Shown one piece after another: positions 27,294 to 37,068 of a stretch of 64,000 bases of DNA. The position numbers and the translations under genes are program-made. The stretch covers positions 457,047 to 521,046 of the forward strand of contig DHWB01000004.1 of the NCBI GenBank assembly GCA_002412965.1, in the 5' to 3' direction. The first letter of the stretch is position 1; each line of letters begins with the position of its first letter. Under the pieces are notes generated by a model. It was not told the origin of the DNA, did no database searches, and saw only the letters and a program-made list of their open reading frames with translations. This DNA comes from Desulfomicrobium sp. UBA5193. GTDB lineage: Bacteria; Desulfobacterota; Desulfovibrionia; Desulfovibrionales; Desulfomicrobiaceae.

Positions 27294-27749
27294 TTTCTCT
27301 CCTTTGTGAACAATTGCTCACGGTTGTCATTGCAAACGCCGATGACTTTTGAGGACTTCTATAGATAGTAGCTATCTGAATTGCGCCAGAAACGTCAACA
27401 CTTGGCGCAAAATGGAGTGAAAAAGAGTGTCTTCTCGTCGGCTTCTTCTGTTTAGCTGATAATTATGAGCATGTTAAATGCCAGCCGCTGCTCAAATGGA
27501 AGCCTCTCAACGTAAGGCATTACAAACTGAGATGATATGAAAACAGATGAAGAAAGGGAGCCACGTCTATTCTTGACTCTCCCCGAAGCGCTGAGCTGGC
27601 TCACACCATCTTGGACTTATGATTCAATTTAAAAATGAAGCATAATTATCTCCGAAATGGGCTTCAGGATTCCTGATATGATTTATCTCAGCCTCCTTGC
27701 CGGGGTCTCCGATCTCCATCATTCAATTAAACGGGAAGGCTGCAAACGC

Positions 27750-28532
27750 CTACCGCATCCGCCGCTTGCGGTGGTATCGGTACAGCCCCAGTTCCAGCAC
27801 GATGAAGAGGACGATGGGCACGGCCAGGAAGATCAGGGTGATAAGCGCTCCGAGGCCGCGATTGGAGGAGGTGATGAGCGGGAAGAGATAGCCCGTGAAG
27901 GACGCGACGCTTCCGCCTCCGATCAGGAAGACCAGGAAATATTCGGAAAACGCGACCAGAAAGACCACGCTCGCGCCTGCCGCCATGGCCGGGAGGAGCT
28001 GCGGCATCTCCACTTCCAGAAAGACACGCCATTTCGACGCGCCCAAGTTGCGGGCGCAGACTGCGTATTCGCGCCCCATGAGGGTGTAACCCGTGGTCAG
28101 GGCGCGCAGCATGTACGGGTAGCTGATCATGGCCAGGACCAGGATCACGCCGGGCGTGGTGTCGACCAGGCCGATCTTGATAAAGATGAAATGCAGGCCC
28201 ATGGAGAAGGTCATGGCCGGAACCAGGGCCGGGAGCAGGAGCAGGCCTTCGAGCAAGTTTTTGCCGCGAAAGGACGTGAACGCCAGGGTCTTGGCGGGCA
28301 GTATGGTCATGGCCAGGGTCAGGGCCACTGTCGCCATAGAATAGCCAAGGGAATTTGCAAGCGCCGTCAGGAAAGGCCTTGGGCGAGCCGCGAGGAAACG
28401 GAGCCCCTCCAGGGAGAGCTCCGGCCAGAGCTCCGGGAAGCGCCAGCCCGGCGCTCCGGCCTGCAGGACCAGTACGATGACTGGCAGCAGGAACATGAGG
28501 GCGAGGATGAGGAGGGTCGGCGCGTGTCTCAC
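27750..28532 (-). CDS. ABC transporter permease (YnjC/PotC-like)
   Basis: Hydrophobic, with ARNLGAS.WRVF..V..P EAA-loop; GTG start in a GTGA overlap. Confidence 0.88.
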   Translation of the reverse strand: MRHAPTLLILALMFLLPVIVLVLQAGAPGWRFPELWPELSLEGLRFLAARPRPFLTALANSLGYSMATVALTLAMTILPAKTLAFTSFRGKNLLEGLLLLPALVPAMTFSMGLHFIFIKIGLVDTTPGVILVLAMISYPYMLRALTTGYTLMGREYAVCARNLGASKWRVFLEVEMPQLLPAMAAGASVVFLVAFSEYFLVFLIGGGSVASFTGYLFPLITSSNRGLGALITLIFLAVPIVLFIVLELGLYRYHRKRRMR

Positions 28533-29392
28533 AATTTGCGCCTCCAGCCGTCGAGGTACGCCGCGAAGCGATTGTAGAGCATGGCGAAGAGGGCGGCGAA
28601 GACGAACATGAGCGTCAGGATGGCCATGGCTTGCGGGCGCTGGCTCAGGTCGCGCTGGAAGAAGATGTCGAAGACCCGGATGGAGAGCATGCCGGGGTGC
28701 GATTCCCCGAGCACGAAGGGGATGTCGAAGGAGCCGAAGGCGTACAGGAAGAGGATGATGAAGGCGCTGTGCACGGCCGGCAGCAGGCGCGGCAGGGTCA
28801 CGGACCAAAAGGTGCGTAAGGCACCGGCCCCCAGCATGCGCGCGGTCTGAACCAGCCGGATGTCGAAGCCGAAGAGCACGGCCCCGACCAGGAGCAGGGC
28901 GAAGGGCACTCCCTTGAGCAGAAAGGCCAGGATCATGCCTAGGCCGCTCCCTGTATGCAGGATGCTCGGAAATTCCTCCGGCGAGGAGATGATCCCTGCC
29001 TGGAAGAGGACAGAGGACACAAGCCCCGTTCTGCTCAGGAAAAGAAGGACCAGGAACGCCACCGCCACGTGGGGCAGGATGAGCCCGACCTTGGAGACCA
29101 CGCCCACCCTGCGCAGGCCGGGCGGCATGCGCCACAGGGCCAGAGCCAGGAGGGTGCCCCCCAGGACCGAACCCGCCGCCGAGACAAAAGCCACGAACAG
29201 GGACAGGCCAAGCGATTGGCCCATCGCCTGATCCTCAAGCAACGTCAGGTAGTGCTCAAGGGTTGCCTCGCTTGGTCCAACCGGCAAAAAAAGACCCAGG
29301 CTCTGGGCCATGGTCAGGGCCATGCCCGCGCAGAAGAGCGCGCAGTACGGCAGCAGCAGGGGCGCAAGGCCCCAAAGAATCCTGCGTCCCAT
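28529..29392 (-). CDS. ABC transporter permease (YnjC/PotB-like)
   Basis: LPHVAVA and ARMLGA...FWSVTLP motifs; ATG at 29392. Confidence 0.88.
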   Translation of the reverse strand: MGRRILWGLAPLLLPYCALFCAGMALTMAQSLGLFLPVGPSEATLEHYLTLLEDQAMGQSLGLSLFVAFVSAAGSVLGGTLLALALWRMPPGLRRVGVVSKVGLILPHVAVAFLVLLFLSRTGLVSSVLFQAGIISSPEEFPSILHTGSGLGMILAFLLKGVPFALLLVGAVLFGFDIRLVQTARMLGAGALRTFWSVTLPRLLPAVHSAFIILFLYAFGSFDIPFVLGESHPGMLSIRVFDIFFQRDLSQRPQAMAILTLMFVFAALFAMLYNRFAAYLDGWRRKL

Positions 29393-29393
29393 C

Positions 29394-30602
29394 CTAGTGT
29401 CCGAGAATGATCCTGTCCCAGTCCTTTTCGAGAAGCTCCAGATATTCGGGCCTGATCTCCGGCACGGCGGCCGCGGAGAGGGTATCCGTATCAAGGGTGG
29501 CCTCGCCCAGGTCGACCTCCGCAAAGGCCTTGCGCTCCGCCGCCTCAAGTTTCGAGACCTCGAGGGCGGGCATGTCACCCCAGTTTTCGGGCTTGAATTT
29601 GGAGAGCTGCGCCTCGGGGCTCATCAGGAAATTGGCCAGGACCATGGCTCCGGCCTTGTTTGGCGCATTGAAGGGGATGGCCGTGAAGTGAGTGTTGAAG
29701 ATGGCCCCCTCTGTCAGGACAAAGGTTCGCACCGTTTTGGGATAGGTCTTTTCCAGGATTTTCATCTGCGCATGGGCCGGGTGGTAGGACATGGCCATGT
29801 CGATCTCTCCGCGCGCGAACAGGGTGTCCAGGGCGGCCGCGTCCTTCGGATAGGTCCGTCCTTCCTGCCAGAGATAGGGTTTGAGGTCGCTCAGCCAGCT
29901 AAAGGTCTGCGGTGCGTTTTTGGCGTAGAGCTCGGGGTTGAAGCCGCTCAGGTACTGCTCGTGCCCTCCCGTGGTGGCGTAGAAAATCTGGCGCAGAAAG
30001 GCCGAGCCCGTGAAATCCGGAGGCTGCGGATAGGTGAAGCGTCCAGGGTGCGCCCTGATCCAGTCCGCAAGCTCGGCCAGAGTGGCCGGGGGACGTGGCG
30101 TGCGGTCCGTGTCGTACTCGAAGACGAACTGCGCCCGGCCGTAGGGCGCTTCAAAGCCGTTCACGGGGTATCCGAAATCATGCGCGGATTTCTGCGCGTC
30201 GTACCAGACCGCAAAATTGGGCAGCCTGTCCGTGAAGGGGCCGAAAAGCACACCGGCCTGCATGGCGTTCTTGAAGTTTTCGCCGTTGATCCACAGCAGG
30301 TCCATGGTGCCCATGTCCTTGTTCGCCGCCTTTTCGGTCAAGAGCTTGTTGACGAAGACCGGTGCGTCCATGGGCACCCGCACCACGTTTATGTCATGGC
30401 GTTTTTTCATCTCTGCGGTCACATAGGTGTCGACCCACTGGTTGATCTGGGCGCTGCCGCCCCACATGTGCCAGCGCACCTCGGTGCCGCGCGCGGCCTT
30501 TTCCAGGGCCGGGTAGTCCAGTGTCAGAACGGAGTCCGTGGTCGGGGCTTCGGAGCATCCGGCCAGCAGCAGAAAAAGCAGGAGCATATGTTTCAAACGC
30601 AT
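29394..30602 (-). CDS. ABC transporter substrate-binding lipoprotein (YnjB-like)
   Basis: LAGC lipobox; WGG, DLLWINGENF, PGRFTYP.PPDFTG, NFL.SPEAQ motifs. Confidence 0.9.
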   Translation of the reverse strand: MRLKHMLLLFLLLAGCSEAPTTDSVLTLDYPALEKAARGTEVRWHMWGGSAQINQWVDTYVTAEMKKRHDINVVRVPMDAPVFVNKLLTEKAANKDMGTMDLLWINGENFKNAMQAGVLFGPFTDRLPNFAVWYDAQKSAHDFGYPVNGFEAPYGRAQFVFEYDTDRTPRPPATLAELADWIRAHPGRFTYPQPPDFTGSAFLRQIFYATTGGHEQYLSGFNPELYAKNAPQTFSWLSDLKPYLWQEGRTYPKDAAALDTLFARGEIDMAMSYHPAHAQMKILEKTYPKTVRTFVLTEGAIFNTHFTAIPFNAPNKAGAMVLANFLMSPEAQLSKFKPENWGDMPALEVSKLEAAERKAFAEVDLGEATLDTDTLSAAAVPEIRPEYLELLEKDWDRIILGH

Positions 30603-31591
30603 GATTCCTCCGTGGATGGGCAATGAAAGATCGGCGGGTAATGGGGAGACGCCGCAAGGCTGACCCGGTCTCCGGGCTCGCAGCTGGCGTCCAGGGCATA
30701 GACGATGAGGTCCCGGTCCAGAATGCGCACGGTGCAGGCCAGATAATGACCGGCGAAATGCACGGCGGTGACGGTGCCGGAGCCGTCCGGGTCCGGTTCC
30801 AGGCGCAGGGCCTCGGGGCGCATCCAGCAGGAGGGCAGGCCGAGAAGGTCCGTCAGGGGGGCGGTTATGCGGTTCAGCGGACCCAGGAAGCGCGCCGTTT
30901 CCAGATCGGCCGGGTGCCGGTACACCTCCAGAGGCGGGGCGTACTGGCGCAGGCTCCCCCCGAGCATGACGCCGATGCGGTCCGACATGGCCAGGGCTTC
31001 CTGCAGGTCGTGGGTCACGCAGATCGTGGTGATGCCGAAGGCGCGCTGGGTGGAGCGGATGAAGAGGGCGGTCTCCATCTTCAGGTTGCGGTCCAGGTTG
31101 GCGAAGGGTTCGTCCAGGAGCAGCAGGGACGGTTCCAGAATCATGGCCCTGGCAATGGCCACGCGCTGTTTTTGCCCACCCGAAAGCTGGGCCGGATAGG
31201 AGTTCTGCCGGTCTTCGAGGTGAAAATAACCCAGCATGGGCATGACCTTGTCCCGGATGGCGGCCTTGGACAGTCCACGGGCTTTGAGGCCGAAGGCGAT
31301 GTTCTGGAACACGGTCATGTTCGGGAAGAGCACGTAGTCCTGAAAGACGAGGATGGCGGAGGGTTTTTCCCCCTCGCGACCAATGTGCCGGACCGCTCCG
31401 CCGTCCGCTTCCTGCAGCCCGGCGATGACGTGCAGCAGGGTGGTCTTGCCCACTCCTGACGGCCCGACCAAGGAGACGAGGTTGCCTCGGGCCACGGCGA
31501 AGCTCACGTCGCTGAAGACTGTGGTCTTGCCGAAGCGCTTGCTCAGGGCCTCGACGCGCAGCAGGTCGGCCGGCTCTGCGTCAGCGTTCAA
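30593..31591 (-). CDS. ABC transporter ATP-binding protein
   Basis: GPSGVGKT, LSGGQKQR, LLLDEP, VTHD; probable TTG start at 31591. Confidence 0.9.
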   Translation of the reverse strand: MNADAEPADLLRVEALSKRFGKTTVFSDVSFAVARGNLVSLVGPSGVGKTTLLHVIAGLQEADGGAVRHIGREGEKPSAILVFQDYVLFPNMTVFQNIAFGLKARGLSKAAIRDKVMPMLGYFHLEDRQNSYPAQLSGGQKQRVAIARAMILEPSLLLLDEPFANLDRNLKMETALFIRSTQRAFGITTICVTHDLQEALAMSDRIGVMLGGSLRQYAPPLEVYRHPADLETARFLGPLNRITAPLTDLLGLPSCWMRPEALRLEPDPDGSGTVTAVHFAGHYLACTVRILDRDLIVYALDASCEPGDRVSLAASPHYPPIFHCPSTEESCV

Positions 31592-32696
31592 GAGCCTGGA
31601 AGTGGCGCATGAAGCGCCGGTCGATGTAGTCTTTGAGCATGAAGGCCACGGAGCTCCGGAACATGAGCGGTCCCTTGCTGAAGATGGCGGTGTCGTCACC
31701 CATGTTGAAGAGCAGTAGGTAGCTTCCGCCGGGGTCGAAGGTCTGCAGGCGCGTTCCGTTCAGGCAGGCGCGGACGTTTCTGTAGAGGACGGGATTCTGG
31801 CGCACGGCATAGACTCCGACCTTGTCGAGAGGCTTGGGCGCGAAGTCGATGCAGTCCCCGCCGCCGAAAATTTCCGGAAAGTCCACGCTCTGCAGCCGTT
31901 CGTTGACCAGCAGCCCGCCGGTGGGCCCGGTGGTCAGCCCCGAGTCGGCGAAGAGCCGTGACGGCTTCACGCCCGTGGCCAGGAAGACGAGGTCCGGATG
32001 GTGGCTTGTCCCGCCCTGCATGATGACCCCGTTGCGGATCTCCTCCACGTAGCCGTCCTCCTTGATGGCGATGTCCTGACGGGCGAAGGAGTCCCTGGCC
32101 ATGCTGCGGATTTTCTCCGGAAGGCGGCTGAGCAATTGGCGGCCGGCAAAGAGGGTGATTTGCGGCGCATGCCAACCGCGCGATTTTGCGAGCCTGCGCA
32201 CGTTGCCCGCGATTTCAAGGGCGGCCGGACCGCCACCGACCACGGCGATGTGGGGCCTGGTCCGGGTGGCGCAGAGCGAGATCACGGCCCGCTGCGCTTC
32301 CTGCAGACGTTCGATGGGCTTGACGGTGAAAACGTTTGTGGTGTCGCCGTGGATGTTCTCGAAAGGGATATAGCTGCCCGCGTTGCAGGACAGCACGTCG
32401 TATTCCATGGCTTGGCCGGAACCGAGGGTGACGGAGCGCTGCTCCGCATCGATGCGCACCACCCTGTCCCGCACAAAGGCGGCTCCGTGGCGTTCGACCA
32501 CGGCGCGGGTCGCGAAGCGGATGTCCGAGGGGGTATAGCTCTGGCCCAGCATGCCCGGTCCCATGCCGGAGTAGTAATGGTAATCCGAAGGTTGAACGAC
32601 GGTGACGTCGTGGCCGTCCCGGATCAGGTCCCGCAGATGGGCCAGGATGGTCATGTGTGCGTGGCCGCCTCCGGCCAGGATCAATTTTTTGCCCAT
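31581..32696 (-). CDS. FAD-dependent pyridine nucleotide-disulfide oxidoreductase resembling the domain found N-terminal to SelD
   Basis: LILAGGGHAH, YSGM.PG, VKP, VVGGG.A..E, GGDC, K.GVYAVRQ.PVL..N, LKDYIDRRFM motifs. Confidence 0.85.
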   Translation of the reverse strand: MGKKLILAGGGHAHMTILAHLRDLIRDGHDVTVVQPSDYHYYSGMGPGMLGQSYTPSDIRFATRAVVERHGAAFVRDRVVRIDAEQRSVTLGSGQAMEYDVLSCNAGSYIPFENIHGDTTNVFTVKPIERLQEAQRAVISLCATRTRPHIAVVGGGPAALEIAGNVRRLAKSRGWHAPQITLFAGRQLLSRLPEKIRSMARDSFARQDIAIKEDGYVEEIRNGVIMQGGTSHHPDLVFLATGVKPSRLFADSGLTTGPTGGLLVNERLQSVDFPEIFGGGDCIDFAPKPLDKVGVYAVRQNPVLYRNVRACLNGTRLQTFDPGGSYLLLFNMGDDTAIFSKGPLMFRSSVAFMLKDYIDRRFMRHFQALER

Positions 32697-32799
32697 GCTC
32701 GTCTCCTGAATGTTATTGCGAAGCAAACAGCTTTTCAAAGTTAACCATACTCTGCGGGGAGATGCAATGATTTGAGCCGTTCTCGGCAGGCGATCGGTA

Positions 32800-33747
32800 T
32801 CAGGAACTGAAGTCGTCCCCAGCATACCAGGCATCGAAGAGATGGCGGGCAATGGTTTCGGCTGCGGGGAGAATCAGCTCGCCCGAGTCGAGCAGGGCCG
32901 GGATCTCGTGGCGTGAAAACCAGCGCGCGTCTTCGAGTTCATCGTCGTTCAGCATGATCCGCGTCGAGGTCGCACGGGCATGGAAGCCGAGCATGAGCGA
33001 TCCGGAAAAGGGCCAGGGCTGGGAGGAATAATAGCGGATGTCCCGCACCGCGATCCCCGTTTCCTCCATGACTTCGCGCAGGACCGTGTCCTCGGCGCTC
33101 TCGCCCGGTTCCACATAGCCGGAAATGGCGGCATAGACGCGGGGCTTCCAGACGGCCTGGCGCCCGAGCAGGCACCTGTCTCCTCGGCTGTCCTTGTGGT
33201 GGACCAGCACGATCATGGCCGGATTGATGCGCGGGAAATGCTCCGCGGCGCAGTCCGGGTTGGTGCAGACCTGGGCCAGGGAGGCGGGCCTCGGTGTGGT
33301 AGGGTGCCCGCACAGGCTGCAGAAGCGGGTCCGGCTGTGCCAGCCCGCGATGGCGCGCGCGTAACCGAGCAGGGCCGCCATCTGGGCCGGCAGCACCGCC
33401 GCATGCTGGCGCAGGGGCATGAAGGTTCCCAGAGTGCTGAGGCACTGGGCCGTGGGCGTTGGGAGGCGGTCGAGGTTGATCGCGAAATAGCTGCACTCTT
33501 CGTCATCGCCCAGGAGCATGGCTTCCAGATGGGCCTGATCGCAGCCGCCAAGCATGGGCTGGGCAAGCAGAAGCGGTTCCGAGCGGTCCGCATCGAAGAG
33601 GATTTCATCGCCACGGACCACGACATAGAGGGCGCGTCCTGAAACGAGGGTCTGCTCCCAGTCCGGGGCATCGACCGTAACGAAGGGTTTTCGGTTCAGC
33701 ACCAGCCCGGCGAAGGTGTTGCGGGCGGAGCGGGTGTAATGATCCAT
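32800..33747 (-). CDS. nudC: NAD(H) pyrophosphatase, Nudix family
   Basis: FCSLCG...C....C zinc finger, Nudix box GYVEPGE......REVMEETG, SQPWPF motif. Confidence 0.93.
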   Translation of the reverse strand: MDHYTRSARNTFAGLVLNRKPFVTVDAPDWEQTLVSGRALYVVVRGDEILFDADRSEPLLLAQPMLGGCDQAHLEAMLLGDDEECSYFAINLDRLPTPTAQCLSTLGTFMPLRQHAAVLPAQMAALLGYARAIAGWHSRTRFCSLCGHPTTPRPASLAQVCTNPDCAAEHFPRINPAMIVLVHHKDSRGDRCLLGRQAVWKPRVYAAISGYVEPGESAEDTVLREVMEETGIAVRDIRYYSSQPWPFSGSLMLGFHARATSTRIMLNDDELEDARWFSRHEIPALLDSGELILPAAETIARHLFDAWYAGDDFSS

Positions 33748-33769
33748 GTTTTTTCGCTTGTTGTGTTGC

Positions 33770-33785
33770 AGCAAGGAATGCGCCG
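33770..33785 (-). promoter_or_regulatory. Possible sigma54 -24/-12 promoter for nudC
   Basis: CGGCGC-N5-TTGCT with GG-N10-GC spacing, just upstream of the ATG. Confidence 0.35.
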
Positions 33786-33794
33786 TGCACGCTT

Positions 33795-34694
33795 TTAGCG
33801 TTTTGCCCCGCTTTTGAATCTGCGGCAATAGGTGCAGTGGCGGCAGACCTCTTCCACGAGCCTGCCCGCCGCAAAGCCTGCGGCCATGGCCTTGGCCCTG
33901 GCACTGGCCAGGATTTCGGCCAGCCCGGTGTCGTGCAGGTTGCCGAGCGCGATGCGGCCGTCGGCGTCGAGGCAGCAGGGGCAGACGGTGCCGTCGGCCA
34001 GGATGGCGCAGTGCGTGGACAGGCCGTGGCAGAAGCCTCGCGCCCGCTCCGGTGTGGTCATGTCTCCTGGCCAGGCAAAGACCGTATCGGCATGCAGGTA
34101 GATGCGTCCGCACAGCTTCACGCTCTTGCGCCCTTTTGGCAGGGGTGGGGGAGCGGTGCCCAGGGCCGTGGCGATGCGGCCCAGGACGTGGGCGTTGAAC
34201 CGGCTGTCCGATGGGGACTGCAGGCTGTCCAGGGTCCAGAGGCGCAGGTTGATGTACAGCTCGGGGCGCATTCGTGCTGCGCTCAGGCTGAATTCCAGGA
34301 TGGCGTCCAGGGTGTCTTCATCGAGGTTGTCGCCCCTGCGCAATGACTGCAGGGAAAAATTGAGCTGCCGCAGGGCCGGAGTCCGCAGCAGCAGTTCCGC
34401 GTGGGCGCGCAGGAGGGTGGCGTTGGTGGTCAGGTTGACGGCGACTTCGGCGGTCGCGCATTGGTCCAGGATGGTGGACAACTTCGGGTGCAGGAGCGGT
34501 TCGCCCAAGACATGCAGACAGACTTGGCTGGTCAGCGGGGCGACTTGGGCCAGCACGCGTGCGAAAAAGGCCGGGTCCATGGTCGCGGGGGGTCTTGAGG
34601 TTCCGGCGCAGAAATCGCAGCGCAGATTGCAGCGATTCGTGATCTCCACGTAGACGCGCTGAAAATGCCCAGGTGCGGCCGGACCCTGGTTCAC
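33795..34694 (-). CDS. Radical SAM protein with SPASM/Twitch-like C-terminal domain
   Basis: YVEITNRCNLRCDFC, GEPLLHP, FCHG...DGTVCPCCLD...C..C; GTGA overlap with the kinase stop. Confidence 0.88.
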   Translation of the reverse strand: MNQGPAAPGHFQRVYVEITNRCNLRCDFCAGTSRPPATMDPAFFARVLAQVAPLTSQVCLHVLGEPLLHPKLSTILDQCATAEVAVNLTTNATLLRAHAELLLRTPALRQLNFSLQSLRRGDNLDEDTLDAILEFSLSAARMRPELYINLRLWTLDSLQSPSDSRFNAHVLGRIATALGTAPPPLPKGRKSVKLCGRIYLHADTVFAWPGDMTTPERARGFCHGLSTHCAILADGTVCPCCLDADGRIALGNLHDTGLAEILASARAKAMAAGFAAGRLVEEVCRHCTYCRRFKSGAKR

Positions 34695-36868
34695 GCGTCG
34701 CTTTTCCCGGAGCCCGGAATCAGGGGCAGGGAGAAGTGGAATTCGCTGCCGACCCCGGTTTCCGAGAGCATGCACAGGCTCGAACCCATGAGCTTCAGCA
34801 GGCGCTTGACGATGGCCAGGCCAATGCCCGTGCCGCCATGCCCGCGGCTTACGCCCATATCGGCCTGGGTGAAGGCTTCGAATACGGCGTCCAGCTTGTC
34901 GTCGGCAATGCCTTCGCCCGAGTCATACACGGCGAAATGCAGCATCCCATGCCCCGAGGCGCTGCGCACGGGGAGCAACGATATTTCGAGACGGACGTAT
35001 CCTTGGCTCGTGTACTTGATGGCGTTGCCGATGAGGTTGAAGAGCACCTGGCGGATGCGCTGCACGTCACCAGTGAGAAACTCGGAGATGGCCGGATCGT
35101 TCACGACGCTCAGCTCAAGCCCTTTGCGCGCGGCCTCTTCATGGAAGGCGCCCATGATCGGCTGCGTGATCTGGGAGGCGACGAAGGGGCGATCGACAAT
35201 GTTCAGGTTGCCGGTGTCCATGATCGACAGATCCAGGATGTCCTGCAGGATGGTCAGCAGGCTGCGGCTGGAGGTGATGGCCATGGCGATGAATTCTTCC
35301 ATGTCCTCGGGGGGCATGTTCTGAATGATCTGAAGCGAGCCCAGGATGCCGTTTAAGGGGGTGCGTATCTCATGGCTCATGATCGCCAGGAATTCCGATT
35401 TGGCTTTGCTCGCGACCTCGGCCGCGTCCCTGGCTTTGAGGAGTTCCGCCTCGACCAGTTTTTGCGCGGTGATGTCCACGAAGGATTCGACCAGGACCTG
35501 TCTGCCGCCGATTTCCGTCTGGATGGCGGATTTGAGGATCTGGATCGGTTTTTCGTTCACACCCATGATTTCGACTTCGCGACCCGCCAGGGTAAGACCG
35601 CGATCAAACACAGGGCAATCCCCCTCGCAGGCCGCGCAAATGTACAGATGACAGGGTGAGCCGACCACTTCGTCCAGGCTCCGGCCCGTCATCTGCAGAA
35701 GCTTCGGGTTGACGTAGCTGACCCTGCGCTCCTCGGTGTCCACGACGGCGATGCCGACCTGCAGGTTGTCGAGGATCTGGCGCAGCCTCTCCTCGCTGCG
35801 TTGCAGTTTGGACTGGGCCTGTTCGCGCTCGGTGATATCCTCCATGATCATGAGCGTCCGCTTGTCCTGAAGCAGCCTGCCCTGCAGGTTGAACAGCCTG
35901 AGCGTTCCGTTTTTGCAGGTCACGGTCGCGTGGGTGCCACCCGTTTCTTCGACGCCCTTCAGGCGCTGCGCCCAGATCCTGAGCAGGCCCGCCCTGGCGT
36001 GGATGTCGGGATAGGCCTTGCGAAACCAGCTGTTGCGGGTGCTGATATCACCCAGTTCGTATCCGGTCAGCTGCGTGAAGGCCGGATTGACCATGCTGAC
36101 CCTGTTGTCGGGCTGGATGACCATGAGGCCCATGGGCAGCTTTTGGATCAGAGTGTTCAGCATGTCGAGATGAGTTAGCGTTTCGGTGTGGGACGCATCC
36201 AGTTCGGCAACATGGGCCCTGTAGAAGCGGCGGATCAGCAAGGTCGAGGGGACCAGAAAGCTCATGAGGATCAGAGACGCCGCAATGCTGATCAGCAGAT
36301 GCCGGGTGCGGACGACGTCGATCTCGTGAAGGGCCATGTCCGCGCAGGAAAGGTATGGTTTGCCTGCAGGACTGGATTCGAAGACGCAGGTGGTGCGAAA
36401 ATTTCCCCACTCGTCGTTGTATGTCAGGGCGAAGTCCTGGCGGTTCTTGAGAGCCAGGAAAAATTCGTCCGGCGCGTCCGCGTAGGGATGGTAATACCAG
36501 GATTTCTGTTCACGGGCCTCCTCTTCCGTGACCGTCGGTGCGGAGAAATAGAGTTCCGTGCCGTTCTGGACGACCGTATAGACATAGATCAGGTCATTTA
36601 TTTTTGCGAATTCATTGAACTTGTCACGATTTACGAGTTCTTCCTCGAAGGTGATGGAGTCGGCGTCGAGGGTTCTGTCATGAAAATTGTCGGCCAAAAG
36701 ATAGCGCAGGCTTCTGGACGCTGTTTGCAGTTTGCTGTCCGTGGCATCGAGAAACTTTTGGTTTTCATATCCGGTCCAGGCCATGCTGAGTGCCAGGACA
36801 ACTCCGACGTAGAGCAGGAGCAGGAGAACTGCTCGAAGGAGAATGGCGCGGGACGATGTTGTGCTCAT
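34691..36868 (-). CDS. Membrane-bound PAS-domain sensor histidine kinase (no receiver domain)
   Basis: Two TM segments, two PAS domains, H-box MSHEIRTPLNG, N-box NLIGNAIK, DSGEG and GGTGIGL. Confidence 0.92.
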   Translation of the reverse strand: MSTTSSRAILLRAVLLLLLYVGVVLALSMAWTGYENQKFLDATDSKLQTASRSLRYLLADNFHDRTLDADSITFEEELVNRDKFNEFAKINDLIYVYTVVQNGTELYFSAPTVTEEEAREQKSWYYHPYADAPDEFFLALKNRQDFALTYNDEWGNFRTTCVFESSPAGKPYLSCADMALHEIDVVRTRHLLISIAASLILMSFLVPSTLLIRRFYRAHVAELDASHTETLTHLDMLNTLIQKLPMGLMVIQPDNRVSMVNPAFTQLTGYELGDISTRNSWFRKAYPDIHARAGLLRIWAQRLKGVEETGGTHATVTCKNGTLRLFNLQGRLLQDKRTLMIMEDITEREQAQSKLQRSEERLRQILDNLQVGIAVVDTEERRVSYVNPKLLQMTGRSLDEVVGSPCHLYICAACEGDCPVFDRGLTLAGREVEIMGVNEKPIQILKSAIQTEIGGRQVLVESFVDITAQKLVEAELLKARDAAEVASKAKSEFLAIMSHEIRTPLNGILGSLQIIQNMPPEDMEEFIAMAITSSRSLLTILQDILDLSIMDTGNLNIVDRPFVASQITQPIMGAFHEEAARKGLELSVVNDPAISEFLTGDVQRIRQVLFNLIGNAIKYTSQGYVRLEISLLPVRSASGHGMLHFAVYDSGEGIADDKLDAVFEAFTQADMGVSRGHGGTGIGLAIVKRLLKLMGSSLCMLSETGVGSEFHFSLPLIPGSGKSDA

Positions 36869-37006
36869 GGTCTTGGGTGGTGAAAGAGTCGCGTGGAAAA
36901 ATGCCGCCAATCATGTTCTGCCGTAACGAATACCCAAAGCCCGGGAAAAGGGAAATAAATATCATGGCTGGCGGTGTGCAAATGACGGCAGGACGTATCG
37001 GTTTTC

Positions 37007-37041
37007 AAAAAAAAGAAGGCCCTCGTCAGGAGACGAGGGCC
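37007..37041 (-). terminator. Terminator after paaK-ACT
   Basis: ggccctcgtc-agga-gacgagggcc followed by a U-rich tail on the minus strand. Confidence 0.8.
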
Positions 37042-37068
37042 GAGGAGGCAAGGGCCGCGCCGAAAGTT

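Noticed and set aside
26845..27309. 154-aa plus-strand Pro-rich ORF
   Set aside because: Antisense shadow of the Gly-rich selenopeptide gene; its PPQPLP repeats are the reverse complement of GSGUGG
27303..27321. ttgtgaacaattgctcac near the precursor RBS as a Rex or CRP/FNR site
   Set aside because: Half-site spacing fits neither consensus
27537..27632. Short frame MKTDEEREPRLFLTLPEALSWL resembling a STAS/SEC14 C-terminus
   Set aside because: Too short, with an in-frame stop just upstream; cannot be supported as a gene or pseudogene without a search
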